From an uncultured bacterium (GTDB lineage Bacteria > Lernaellota > Lernaellaia > Lernaellales > Lernaellaceae): a stretch of DNA of 52,775 nucleotides. Made by a program: the position numbers and the translations under genes. Of the stretch, positions 40,336-50,123 are shown in pieces (position 1 is the first letter of the stretch; every line of letters starts with the position of its first letter). Below the pieces are notes generated by a model. That model was not told the DNA's origin and did no database searches. It was given only the letters and a program-made list of their open reading frames with translations. The stretch covers positions 1-52,775 of the forward strand of contig CAZHPN010000003.1 in assembly GCA_964534375.1 (NCBI GenBank). The letters run 5' to 3'.

Positions 40336-40410
40336 GACTGCCTCTGGCGTCCCGTGGAGCGTGGGTTTATCATTTATCGCGGTCGAATTGCGGCAAAGGA
40401 GGGGTGACGA

Positions 40411-41853
40411 ATGCGGGCGAAAACAACGTGCGTGATTCTGCTGGTCCTGCTGCTGGCGCCCATCAGTCGCGCCGCGGCGTTCGAAACGATAACCTGGCGC
40501 GGACACGCGGTCGCCGCCGGACAAGCCATGATCACCTTGTCGTCTGCGGCGCAACCGGCGCAAACGTTGTCGCGGCTGGCGGCGCACGGTTTCACCGCGA
40601 AGCGCATTGCGGGGCGCGACGGCATTGCGCGCACGCCGGACGAATGGCTAGCGCGGGGCGAATCGCCGGCCGCCGATCGTTTCATGCTGGTCGAATTCCC
40701 GGCCGCGCGGGTGCTGGACGACGCGTTGGCCCAGCTCGCCGCACTCGACGAAGTGACGGCTGTAGTTCCCAATCAGGTGCTGTCGCCATTTTTCGTGCCG
40801 AATGATCCGCTTTATGCCCTGTACCAACAGAACCTGCGTCAAATCTACCTGGAGAGCGTCTGGGACCGCACGTTCGGCGACGGGGTGACCGTCGCGGTGG
40901 TCGACACGGGTTATGCCTCAGCGGGCTTGGACGACGGCGCGCTTCACCTTCTTCCCGGTTACAATTTCCCGGACAACGACACGGACGTCGCCGACACGGA
41001 CGGCCATGGCACGTTTGTCGCCAACGTCATCGCCGAGGCCACTAACAACGGCATCGACACGGCCGGCGCGGCCCCAAACGTTTCGATTTTGCCGTGCAAG
41101 GTGTTCGCAACCGGCGGTTCCGGCGCTTTGGAAAGCGACGTCACGCTGGCCGTCGATTGGGCCGTAAAGCAGGGCGCGCAGGTCATCAACATGAGCCTGG
41201 GCGGCTCCGGCTACGACACGGTGGCCGCCGCGGCGATGCACGACGCCGCCGCGGCGAATGTCGTGTTGGTGGCGGCGACCGGCAACGACGGCGTCGACGA
41301 GGTCAGTTATCCAGCGGCGTATCCCGACGTGATGGCCGTCGGCAGTTGCGGCATTCACGACACGGGCGTCTTGCCGACGCGCAGTTCGTTCTCCAACTAC
41401 GGCCAAGGACTCGCTGTCGTCGCGCCCGGCGAAAATATTTACGGCGAGTCCAACTTCGCCAACGCCAACGGGGACAATGTCATCAGCGTTTACATCGTCG
41501 AGGGCACAAGCGTGTCTTCGCCCCACGTCGCCGCGGCCGCCGCGCTCATGATTGCGCAGGCGAAGGGCAACTATTCGCAGGCCAACATTCAGACGGCCCT
41601 GGAGCAGACCGCCAGTCGGCCGGCCAACACGCAGTGGAACGAGGAAATCGGTTGGGGCGAAATCAACGTCGAGGCCGCGATGAATGCCCTGGTGGGCCCG
41701 CCGCCGTCGCTGCCGTCTACCGGATCCGGTGGGTCCGGCGGGCCACCATGCGGGATCGGCCCGAATGCCAGTCCGTTGGACGCCGCGGTCATCCTGACGC
41801 CGTTGGCGTGGCTGCTGGCGCGGCGCCGGCTCGCGACGCGACGTCAAGCATAG
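40411..41853 (+). CDS. S8 subtilisin-like serine peptidase with C-terminal membrane anchor
   Basis: VAVVDTG, GHGT, AATGND and GTSVSSPHVA motifs; signal peptide; tail of Cys, TM and RRR. Confidence 0.92.
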   Translation: MRAKTTCVILLVLLLAPISRAAAFETITWRGHAVAAGQAMITLSSAAQPAQTLSRLAAHGFTAKRIAGRDGIARTPDEWLARGESPAADRFMLVEFPAARVLDDALAQLAALDEVTAVVPNQVLSPFFVPNDPLYALYQQNLRQIYLESVWDRTFGDGVTVAVVDTGYASAGLDDGALHLLPGYNFPDNDTDVADTDGHGTFVANVIAEATNNGIDTAGAAPNVSILPCKVFATGGSGALESDVTLAVDWAVKQGAQVINMSLGGSGYDTVAAAAMHDAAAANVVLVAATGNDGVDEVSYPAAYPDVMAVGSCGIHDTGVLPTRSSFSNYGQGLAVVAPGENIYGESNFANANGDNVISVYIVEGTSVSSPHVAAAAALMIAQAKGNYSQANIQTALEQTASRPANTQWNEEIGWGEINVEAAMNALVGPPPSLPSTGSGGSGGPPCGIGPNASPLDAAVILTPLAWLLARRRLATRRQA

Positions 41854-41936
41854 ATAGACGAGACGCGACGGGCCCTCGCGGCGCCCGTCTTGTGATCAGT
41901 GTGTAGAAATTCTGAGGCCCTTTTTCGAGGAAAAAC

Positions 41937-43622
41937 ATGCCGGGCAAGATTTTTCGATCGTTTGTTCTATTCATATTGATTGTGCTGCCGGCGTCGGCGG
42001 CGCGTGCGGCGGCGCTGGACACGACCCTGTGGCAGGGCCGCTCCGTCGTGGCGGGCCGGGTTTTGATCACGCTGGCGCCCGACGCCGCGCCGGCGCGGCT
42101 CGTGAGCCAGTTGGCGGCGCACGGCTTCACGGCCTCGCTCGTGGCCGGGCGCGACGGCGTCTCGCAGGCGGCGGACGAATGGGCGGCGCATGTCACGCGC
42201 GCCGGCGCCGAGCGATTTGTGCTCGTCAAATTTGCGCCGGACCGTCCGTTGGATGACGCTCTGGCGGCGTTGACGGCGCTGGACGGCGTGGACGGCGCGT
42301 TCCCCGACCAGATGCTGCACGAGTTCTGGGTTCCCAACGATCCGATGTATGGGGACGACCAGCAGAACCTGCGCCAAATCGACCTCGAATTGGCCTGGGA
42401 CCGCTCATTCGGCGCCGGGGTGATCGTCGCCGTCGTCGACACCGGCTATGTTACTTCGGGCCTGTTGGACGGCGTCGTGCATTTGCTGCCCGGCTACGAT
42501 TTCCCGGATGAAACGACAAACGTCTACGACGAAGAAGGTCATGGCACGCTCGTCTCCAACACCATCGCGGGCGCGACCAACAACGGCATCGGCACGGCCG
42601 CGGTGGCGGGCGAAGCCGAGATCCTTCCATGCAAAGTTTTCGCCAACGGCTCGGATGGCGCGGCCGAAAGCGACATCCTGCGGGCGATCGATTGGGCGGT
42701 GACGCAGGGCGCCCGGGTGGTCAATATGAGCCTGGGCGGCGGCGGCTACGACGACGTTTCCAATACGACGATGCACGACGCGGTGGAGGCGAATGTGGTG
42801 CTGGTCGCCGCCTCGGGCAACGACGGCACGGACCAGGTGAGCTACCCCGCCGCCTATCCCGACGTGATCGCGGTCGGCAGTTGCGGCATCCACGCGCTTG
42901 GCGACCTGCCCGTGCGCAGCAGTTTCTCGAACTACGGCCCGCAGCTTTCCGTCGTGGCGCCCGGCGAAAACATCATCGGCGAAACGGATTTCGGCGGCAA
43001 AATCGGCTACTATGCCGCCTCCGGCACGAGCTTGTCCTCGCCGCACGTCGCGGGCACGGCGGCGTTGCTGATTGCGCTGGTCGACGGCAAATACACGGTC
43101 GCCGGCATCCGCCAGGCGATCGAACAATCGGCCAACCGGCCGCCGGGGTCGGGCAAGAGCAACGAACTGGGTTGGGGCGAAGTCGACGCCGACGCCGCGA
43201 TGACCGCGCTCGCGGGGGCGGTGGTGGAGCCGCCGCCGACGTGCAGCATCCTGGCGAATCCGACGGGCGGCGCGGCGCCGTTGCGCGTCGAGTTCACGGC
43301 GGGGGCCACCGATTCCGCCGGCCAGGTGACAACGTATATCTGGTCGTTTTCGACGGGCGAGACGTTCAACGTGCCGTCGTTCACGTACACGTTCGACCAG
43401 CCGGGGCAGTACACGGTGCTGCTCTCGGTGACCGACAGCAACGGCAACGGCGCCTCCGATCAAACGACGATTACGGTCGGGCCGGGGTCATCATCCGGCG
43501 GCAAGGCGCGGAGCGCGGCGGGCTGCGGCGCGGCGCCGGCGGCCGGGCCGCTGGAGGCGCTGATCACTCTGGCGCCGCTGGCGGGGCTGTGGCTGGCGCG
43601 GCGCCGGCGTTCTTGGCAATGA
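41937..43622 (+). CDS. S8 subtilisin-like serine peptidase with PKD domain and C-terminal membrane anchor
   Basis: VAVVDTG, GHGT and [11 protein letters not shown] motifs; PKD domain ([21 protein letters not shown]); tail of GCG, TM and RRRR. Confidence 0.92.
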   Translation: MPGKIFRSFVLFILIVLPASAARAAALDTTLWQGRSVVAGRVLITLAPDAAPARLVSQLAAHGFTASLVAGRDGVSQAADEWAAHVTRAGAERFVLVKFAPDRPLDDALAALTALDGVDGAFPDQMLHEFWVPNDPMYGDDQQNLRQIDLELAWDRSFGAGVIVAVVDTGYVTSGLLDGVVHLLPGYDFPDETTNVYDEEGHGTLVSNTIAGATNNGIGTAAVAGEAEILPCKVFANGSDGAAESDILRAIDWAVTQGARVVNMSLGGGGYDDVSNTTMHDAVEANVVLVAASGNDGTDQVSYPAAYPDVIAVGSCGIHALGDLPVRSSFSNYGPQLSVVAPGENIIGETDFGGKIGYYAASGTSLSSPHVAGTAALLIALVDGKYTVAGIRQAIEQSANRPPGSGKSNELGWGEVDADAAMTALAGAVVEPPPTCSILANPTGGAAPLRVEFTAGATDSAGQVTTYIWSFSTGETFNVPSFTYTFDQPGQYTVLLSVTDSNGNGASDQTTITVGPGSSSGGKARSAAGCGAAPAAGPLEALITLAPLAGLWLARRRRSWQ

Positions 43623-44352
43623 AGAGCGGCGATTTGCGCACGCCCAGCCGGTGCAGCCAGAACTGCCAGATGACGTACAGGTTTTCGAGGCCGTAACGCG
43701 CCGATCGCCGAAAATTGATGCTCGAGGCCTCGGCCATGTACCGCACGGGCACGGGAATTTCCGCGATTTTGAAGCCGAAGTGAATCGCCTGCGCCAGGAA
43801 CTGGGCGTCGAAGGCGAAATCGTCGGTGTTGTTCTCCCATGGAATTGTGTCCAGCACCCGCCGACTGTAGGCCCGGTAACCGGTGTGATATTCGGATAAG
43901 TTCTGGCCGAGCAACAGGTTCTCGACGATCGTCAGAAAACGGTTCGAGAGGTATTTCCAAATGGGCATGCCGCCGGCGAGCGCCTCGCGCCGGGTGCGGA
44001 TGCGCGTGCCGAGCATGATGTCGAAATAGCCGTCGACGATGAAACTGGTCAGGTGGCTGGCAAGCCGGCTGTCGTATTGGTAATCCGGGTGGATCATGAT
44101 TACCACGTCCGCCCCGTGCGCCAGCGCGAGCGTGTAGCAGGTTTTTTGGTTGCCGCCGTAGCCGGTGTTCCGCTCGTGACGCACGACGGCCAGCCCCAGC
44201 TTCCGGCCGATCTCCACCGTGTCGTCGGTGCTGCAATCGTCGACGATGATGATTTCGTCGGCGACGCCCTCCGGGATGTCGCGGACCGTGCGCTCCAACG
44301 TGCTCGCGGCGTTGTAGGCGGGCATGACGACGATGACTTTCTGGTTGCGCAT
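43564..44352 (-). CDS. Glycosyltransferase family 2
   Basis: [28 protein letters not shown] and EYHTGYRAY motifs. Confidence 0.92.
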   Translation of the reverse strand: MRNQKVIVVMPAYNAASTLERTVRDIPEGVADEIIIVDDCSTDDTVEIGRKLGLAVVRHERNTGYGGNQKTCYTLALAHGADVVIMIHPDYQYDSRLASHLTSFIVDGYFDIMLGTRIRTRREALAGGMPIWKYLSNRFLTIVENLLLGQNLSEYHTGYRAYSRRVLDTIPWENNTDDFAFDAQFLAQAIHFGFKIAEIPVPVRYMAEASSINFRRSARYGLENLYVIWQFWLHRLGVRKSPLFIAKNAGAAPATAPPAAPE

Positions 44353-44416
44353 GAAACGAGTTTACTGGGGCGGAATGAACAGCGCAAACGCTCTTTTTGT
44401 CTGCCCGTGAAAGGCC

Positions 44417-44800
44417 TTAGCCCCACATTGCGCGGGGGCAGTGTTCGTGAATTTTCTCATCACAGGTGACCAATCGGTTACCATCCACCAACGCGCTGGC
44501 GACAATTAGTCGATCGAATGGATCCCGTGTCCAGCTTTGTTTCAACGCTTCCATGACAACGTCGGCGAACGGGGCGCCTGAGAGACGAACGCCAGACGTT
44601 TCGACGAGTTCCGCGTAGACCCGGTCGGCTGGCCGATCCGCTCGGCCGATCTCGAAAAGCAACTGCATTTCGAGTATGACCGCTGGCGAAATTACCAGCT
44701 GCGCCTGCTCAAGCAGCTGTCGAACCGGCGCCAAACGACGTTCATCGCCCCCGAAAAGCCAAACCGCGACATGCGTGTCGAGATGAATCACGGTTTCCAT
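44417..44800 (-). CDS. vapC: PIN-domain (VapC-type) toxin
   Basis: HLDTHVAVW, DPFDRLIVA and LVTCD motifs; overlaps the antitoxin stop. Confidence 0.9.
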   Translation of the reverse strand: METVIHLDTHVAVWLFGGDERRLAPVRQLLEQAQLVISPAVILEMQLLFEIGRADRPADRVYAELVETSGVRLSGAPFADVVMEALKQSWTRDPFDRLIVASALVDGNRLVTCDEKIHEHCPRAMWG

Positions 44801-45015
44801 TCGTTCGACCAGTCCATGTGGACGATTTCGTCCGGATCGCACTTTAGATACTCGGGGTGCTTGGGCAAGCGGCTCAAATCTCGCGGCGCCGAAGCCGAGA
44901 TCACTCTGATGACTTTCCCATGCCGCACTATTTCGACGACCTCGCCGTGGTCGGCGACCCGATCAAGTATCCGATAAAGATTTGCCCGAAATTCTGTCGC
45001 GGATATGGTCATCAT
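44788..45015 (-). CDS. Phd/YefM-family antitoxin
   Basis: MTISATEFRANLYRILDRV...VEIVRHGK; GGAGG RBS; directly upstream of the PIN toxin. Confidence 0.9.
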   Translation of the reverse strand: MMTISATEFRANLYRILDRVADHGEVVEIVRHGKVIRVISASAPRDLSRLPKHPEYLKCDPDEIVHMDWSNEWKP

Positions 45016-45020
45016 CGCCT

Positions 45021-45048
45021 CCGTACGTACGGATTTTGCGTACGTACA
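45021..45048. promoter_or_regulatory. Probable TA operator palindromes
   Basis: CCGTACGTACGG (45021-45032) and a second GTACGTAC (45040-45047) just upstream of the antitoxin. Confidence 0.6.
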
Positions 45049-45113
45049 TGAAGAATGATGGCGATGGTGGCGTTTGTCAACTGCCAGATTGCGCGATTCC
45101 CGCGATCGAGCAC

Positions 45114-46427
45114 TTAATTCAACACCTCCAAAATCCTCACCTGATACGCGTCGTAGCTGACGTTGACTCGGCCCTGCGCGTCCTGCACGAACACATCGCC
45201 CGTCGTGTAATCGACGATGCACAAATCGGAGCCGAGCGCCGAGAAATCGAGGTTGACCGCGAGCGTGCGTTCGCTCGAGGAAATCGTCAGCGCCCAGGTC
45301 GCCGTCGCTTCCCGTTTGACCAGGTAGTCGAACATCGTCGGGAAGTCGGTTTGCGGCGCGAGATCGAGCGTAAAGTCGTCGGCGAGCAGCACGCCCATCA
45401 GCGCATTCATTTCGGCCACGTCGGTCAGGAACGCCGACCAAATGTCGGGCTGCTCGTGGATCGTGCACGTGCCGTCGTACGAGTACGGAATCAGGCCCTT
45501 GGCCCCCTGAATGATGAATTGCCACGCCATGTTCCGCACTTCCACGGCGTTGGGATGGTAATCCGAGGAATCGTTGCCCCAGACGCAATTCCAACTGAAC
45601 GCCTGCATGACGCCGCCGACCGGCTTCTTGCCCTGCGTCGCCGCTTCGGCCTCGACCATGACTTCCTTGACGTAGCTGAGCGGAATCCAGTTCGACGGGT
45701 ACGCGTCGACCATGAACGCCGCGCAGTCGTTGACGTATTGATCGAGGTTGCTGACCGGCGCGTCGGTCAAGGTGTCCAGGTGCGTCGCGTCGATGGTCGA
45801 CAACACCGAATGCACACCCGCCGCGAGCGTTTTGCTGACGCCCGTCAGGCTCGGCTCGTCGAACGTGTACCAGCCGAACAGACTGCCGATGGCGTCGCGC
45901 GGGCCAAAATCCGCCGCGAGCCGGGCCGGCGTCATCGTCAGCAAATCGCCGATGTTCGAAAGCGGCGTCAAAATCAGGAAGACGCCCGCCGTTTGGGCCG
46001 CCGTCAGCAGATCGAGCTGAGTCTGCAAGTCCGTCCCGTCGCAGCAGCCGCCGCCGCCCAGGCCGATGTTGAAGCCCTCGCTTTTGTATTGCGCCAGCCC
46101 CGCCGCATCCGTCGGCATGTCGTAGAACCCCAGCGGGAAGAAACGCCGGCCGTCGATCGTGTAGAAATTCTGGTCGTCGAATGCGATCGTCGACGGGCTC
46201 GTGATATTCGCCGCCGGCCACGCCGGAGGCGTGACCGCCTTGCATTGCCGCGGGATCGGATTGCCGGTGGAAACCGCGCGACTGCGATTGTCGCCCGGGT
46301 CGGCGGTCGCCACGGCGGCGGCGCCGCGATCGGCGGCGGGATTGCCGGCCGGCTTGGCCGCCTGGCTGCACGCGACGAATGCGCCGGCCGCCAGCAAGGT
46401 GAGAATCGCAATCAGCCGCGTGTTCAT
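45114..46427 (-). CDS. Lipoprotein, putative glycoside hydrolase (TIM-barrel-like)
   Basis: Lipobox FVAC; IDGRRFFPLGFY, GWYTFDEP, VDAYP and GAKGL..Y motifs. Confidence 0.6.
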   Translation of the reverse strand: MNTRLIAILTLLAAGAFVACSQAAKPAGNPAADRGAAAVATADPGDNRSRAVSTGNPIPRQCKAVTPPAWPAANITSPSTIAFDDQNFYTIDGRRFFPLGFYDMPTDAAGLAQYKSEGFNIGLGGGGCCDGTDLQTQLDLLTAAQTAGVFLILTPLSNIGDLLTMTPARLAADFGPRDAIGSLFGWYTFDEPSLTGVSKTLAAGVHSVLSTIDATHLDTLTDAPVSNLDQYVNDCAAFMVDAYPSNWIPLSYVKEVMVEAEAATQGKKPVGGVMQAFSWNCVWGNDSSDYHPNAVEVRNMAWQFIIQGAKGLIPYSYDGTCTIHEQPDIWSAFLTDVAEMNALMGVLLADDFTLDLAPQTDFPTMFDYLVKREATATWALTISSSERTLAVNLDFSALGSDLCIVDYTTGDVFVQDAQGRVNVSYDAYQVRILEVLN

Positions 46428-47773
46428 TGGGCGCCCTCCGCCGTCGTGTCGTCGTCCGCCGTCAAGTCGTACAGGACCTGCGCCACATCCTCGACAAGCG
46501 ACCGGGCGCCGTCGGCCGGCGGATTGTAAAAGAACGGCCCGATCGGAATGTAGAGGGGCAGGAACGTGGTCCATTCCGGGTAGATGAAGCGGCGAATCGG
46601 GTTGTCCAGAGGGTCCAGATCCTGGAGCGGGAAGAAATAGGGCTTCAGCCCTGGCTGGCCGGCCGGCCCGCTGTAGAGAAACGCCGTGCCGAAATCGTGC
46701 GCCATCTTCAACAGATCTTCCACGCCGATCTCCATCTCGCCGGTCAGGTCGCCGAGGTAGGGCACGTGGTATGGCTCGCCCGGATCCCACCGGCCGTTGC
46801 CGTTCAGGTCGACGTAGCCGAACACGAGGCCCTCTTGCGGGCCGACGACCGTGCGGATGGCTTCAAACGCGGCGTTCGCGTCGACCCCGGCCAGGCCGAT
46901 TTCGGTGGCGGCTTGCGTGAGTTGCTGTTGCCCGCCGGGCAGGAACGTCAGGAAATTGGGATAATTCGGGTCGGCGAAGATCTTCAGCAAGAGGCCGCAG
47001 TAGTAGTTGATCAATTGCGTCGTGTCCGCGCCGGACGGCGGCGAGCTGTTGGCGATAATCGAAAAATCGAACGACAGATCGTAGGACAGCGCCAGGCGTT
47101 CGAAGCCGTCGAGCGCCATGATGAAAGCGTTCTCGGCTTGCACCGCCTCGATGTCCCAGACGCCGCCCATGTCGAGCACGACCTGGCCGCTGTCGACGTA
47201 CATCGGCAACGGCTCGACGTAAAACTCCTCGTCCGCGTGGTTGGCTTCCAGGTCCGCCGCGTACTTGAACACCTCGGCGTTGATCGGCAGGAACTCATCG
47301 CGCAGCACGGCTTGAATCGTCGAGCCGACGCCCTTCTTGTGGCCGTTCGGGTTCGGGTTGTACGACGAAAGGTACTGGATCCAGCGGCCGATCCACGTCC
47401 AATACCATTGGACGTCGGCGATCACCATGCCGATTTCGCCGTCGGGCTGGCCCGGGCAAACGCCGAGCGCCGCCAGGAACTGATCGGCGGCGCCGTTCGG
47501 GTCGTCGGCCGAAAGGCGCGCTTTGCCGGCGACGATCAAGGGATCGAACGTGTTCCAGTCGCAGGCGGTGTCGTCGTCGGCCGGCGAGACGTCGTCGTCG
47601 GGCGAGACGTCGTCGTCCGGCGACGCGTCGTCGTCCGGCGTGGCGTCATTGTCGTCGTCCGCCAGCACATTGCGGCTGTGGCTCGAACTGGAGCCGCCGC
47701 AACCGTAGCCGGCGACAAGCAGCGCCGGCAACAAGATCGCCAACAGCCAAAGCAGGGGGCCGCGCGTGGTCAT
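46424..47773 (-). CDS. Lipoprotein with Asp-rich repeat linker
   Basis: Signal peptide ending GYGC, GGSSSS, then (xxPDDD)x4; DLNGNGRWD Ca-binding-like motif. Confidence 0.75.
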   Translation of the reverse strand: MTTRGPLLWLLAILLPALLVAGYGCGGSSSSHSRNVLADDDNDATPDDDASPDDDVSPDDDVSPADDDTACDWNTFDPLIVAGKARLSADDPNGAADQFLAALGVCPGQPDGEIGMVIADVQWYWTWIGRWIQYLSSYNPNPNGHKKGVGSTIQAVLRDEFLPINAEVFKYAADLEANHADEEFYVEPLPMYVDSGQVVLDMGGVWDIEAVQAENAFIMALDGFERLALSYDLSFDFSIIANSSPPSGADTTQLINYYCGLLLKIFADPNYPNFLTFLPGGQQQLTQAATEIGLAGVDANAAFEAIRTVVGPQEGLVFGYVDLNGNGRWDPGEPYHVPYLGDLTGEMEIGVEDLLKMAHDFGTAFLYSGPAGQPGLKPYFFPLQDLDPLDNPIRRFIYPEWTTFLPLYIPIGPFFYNPPADGARSLVEDVAQVLYDLTADDDTTAEGAQ

Positions 47774-47776
47774 CGG

Positions 47777-49879
47777 TCACCTCCCGCAGCCGGCGGCGGC
47801 CGGCGAACCGGCCGGCGTCTTGACGCTCACGCCGTTGGGATTGTCTTGGGTGTCGTCATCGGGCGGACCGCCCGCGCCGTCGCCCGGCGGCGACGCGTCG
47901 TCATCGGCGGCGAGCGGCGTGGCGGTGACGACGGCGCTGTCCGCCGAACGGTTGGCGTTTTGATCGAAGGCCACGACCCACAGGCTGTATTCGCGCCCGG
48001 GCGTCAGGCCGTCGACGACCGCGGCGGTCGCGTTGGCGCCGACCGTGCCGCCGAAGAAATCGTCGCCCTGGTAAACCGCGTAGTGAATGTCGTAGCCGGC
48101 GAGATCGGGCGCGGTCGGCTTGGTCCAGGAAAGCGAAATCGCTTTCACGAGGCCGGTGGCGGCGACGTTGCTGGGCGGGTTCGGCGGGGTCTCGTCGAGC
48201 GTGCCGAGAATTTTCTCCGCGGCTTTCTGCCGCCAGTCCAGCAGCGTCTGGAAATCGTGCTCCCACTGGAACGACTTGGACGCGACCGTCATCAGCATAT
48301 TCGTGACCCAGTCGCCGTAGCCCATTTGGTCGAGGATGTGGAAATACTCATAGTCTTCCATCGACTCGCGGATGTACTTCATGCGCAGTGACGCGACCGG
48401 GATATCCGTGTTCGCCGCGCCGCCGACCCGATCGAGCGTGCCGGGGTAGATCAATTGGCCGTCGCCCTGGGCGTACGGCGGCGACCATTCGGACGCCCAC
48501 GGGTCGTTGGTTCCGCCCATCAGGTAGATCGTCGACCAATAAAGCGTGCCCGTGAATTGGTAACGGCGAGTCAGCCACAACCAGATGCGCTGGTACGCCG
48601 CCACGCCGTCGACGAAATGATTGGCGTAGTCGAAGAACGCAGTGGCGCTGACGCAGTTATACCACCACACCGTTTGGCCGGCCGCCTGCAATATCGGATA
48701 TTGGTCGGGAAACGGCGGGTACGGCATCGAATCGCTGAACCGCGGCTCGTCCGGATCCCAGATGTCGATGTTGCCGGCCAATTCCACGTGGTATTCTTTG
48801 GTCACCATCGTCCGCAGGCCGGGGTCGGCGGCGTGCACGCTCGCCGCGATGGCCGCCACCTGCGCCCATTCCGACTGCGGCGGCTCATCGGGCAGATAGT
48901 AATAAAGCTGATCCAGCCAGCCGTTCGCGCGGAAATGGGCGGCCCAACCGCGCCAATACTCGCGCTGCCACACGTTCGGATCGACATCGCTCGGGCAGCC
49001 GCTCGGCGCGCCCGGCAGCGTCAACCCCGTGAATTTGAAGCCCGGCGTGTAAAACGTGCCGTTGAAGTAGGGGCCGTTCGCGGCGTCGAACGCGGTCCAA
49101 TCCCAATCGAACGAGTTGATGCCGTAATCCCAGGTGCAGACCGGGTCGGCGTTGCTCCAGTTCTGCAAGCTCATGCGATGCCGCGCAAATTCGAGGTAAT
49201 AACGGGCCATCAACGCGCCGCAGTCACCCGTGTAGCCGCGCGCCTGGTGCCAGCCGCAGATGTTGCCAAAGCCGTAGTTGCTGGCGATCGAAATGCTGTT
49301 GGGCAACGCAAAATTCCAGACCGTCAACGTCACCGTGCCGGTCCACGTCGGGCGGTCGTCGGCGGTGACCGTGACCGTCGCCTGGTAATCGCCGGGCGTC
49401 TGGCCGGCGGGCACGTAGACGTCGGCGAAGACGGCCTGGGTGTAGTTGGGCTTCAGGTCGAACGGCGCGCCGATGCGTTTCTCGTTGAAAAAGTGGTCGA
49501 CGAACGGCACCAGGCCGTCCGGCCAGTCGCCGACCTTGCTCAGATCCGGCGGGGTGTGGCTGATCGTGTCCGCGGTCACCGGCACGTACCAGACGCGGTA
49601 CAGTTCCGGCGCGGCGATCGGGTCGCCGGGGCCCGTGAACTCCGTGACCGCGACATCGACGTTTTGCACGGCGTCGGGGTCGCGCAACAGCACCTGGAAC
49701 GGCTCCCACTCGTTCTTCGCCGCGTACAAGTGATAGGTCGAGTTGACGGTGAAGGAAAACTCCGGCCGCTGCTTGTCCGTACCGTGCGTCAGGCCCACGA
49801 GATATTCCGCGTGGGCGGCGACGGCGGCCAGCAAAACGGCGAACGTCAGGAGCGGCGCGAGAAAACTACGACGATTCAT
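47777..49879 (-). CDS. Secreted GH123/DUF4091-like glycoside hydrolase with FN3 domain
   Basis: AKNEWEPFQV, YYYLPDEP, GDGQLIYPG and SLRMKYIRESMEDYEY motifs; FN3 domain (LSWT, GLTPGREY); acidic tail ending GCGR. Confidence 0.75.
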   Translation of the reverse strand: MNRRSFLAPLLTFAVLLAAVAAHAEYLVGLTHGTDKQRPEFSFTVNSTYHLYAAKNEWEPFQVLLRDPDAVQNVDVAVTEFTGPGDPIAAPELYRVWYVPVTADTISHTPPDLSKVGDWPDGLVPFVDHFFNEKRIGAPFDLKPNYTQAVFADVYVPAGQTPGDYQATVTVTADDRPTWTGTVTLTVWNFALPNSISIASNYGFGNICGWHQARGYTGDCGALMARYYLEFARHRMSLQNWSNADPVCTWDYGINSFDWDWTAFDAANGPYFNGTFYTPGFKFTGLTLPGAPSGCPSDVDPNVWQREYWRGWAAHFRANGWLDQLYYYLPDEPPQSEWAQVAAIAASVHAADPGLRTMVTKEYHVELAGNIDIWDPDEPRFSDSMPYPPFPDQYPILQAAGQTVWWYNCVSATAFFDYANHFVDGVAAYQRIWLWLTRRYQFTGTLYWSTIYLMGGTNDPWASEWSPPYAQGDGQLIYPGTLDRVGGAANTDIPVASLRMKYIRESMEDYEYFHILDQMGYGDWVTNMLMTVASKSFQWEHDFQTLLDWRQKAAEKILGTLDETPPNPPSNVAATGLVKAISLSWTKPTAPDLAGYDIHYAVYQGDDFFGGTVGANATAAVVDGLTPGREYSLWVVAFDQNANRSADSAVVTATPLAADDDASPPGDGAGGPPDDDTQDNPNGVSVKTPAGSPAAAGCGR

Positions 49880-50123
49880 GGCGACCCCCGAAATTGGCGG
49901 GTGTTTTCGACGACATCATCCTATTCCAAGCCCGCGCCGCGGTCAAACCTCGCCGCGGCGGAAATGAGATTATCCAACGACCCCGTGAGGAATAACAACG
50001 ACCGAACGGGCGCGACCGTCAGGCGGATGCGCGAACTTTGCGCTCGCCCCGCGGGCCGTGATACAAAGCCGCTGACGAACTTCGACCCGTTTGGATAATC
50101 GCCGTTTTGCCGGAAAGGAACCG

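Noticed and set aside
43564..43622. 59-bp convergent overlap of subtilase 2 and GT2 as a functional feature
   Set aside because: The GT2 tail is low-complexity antisense read-through, which is common in GC-rich genomes.
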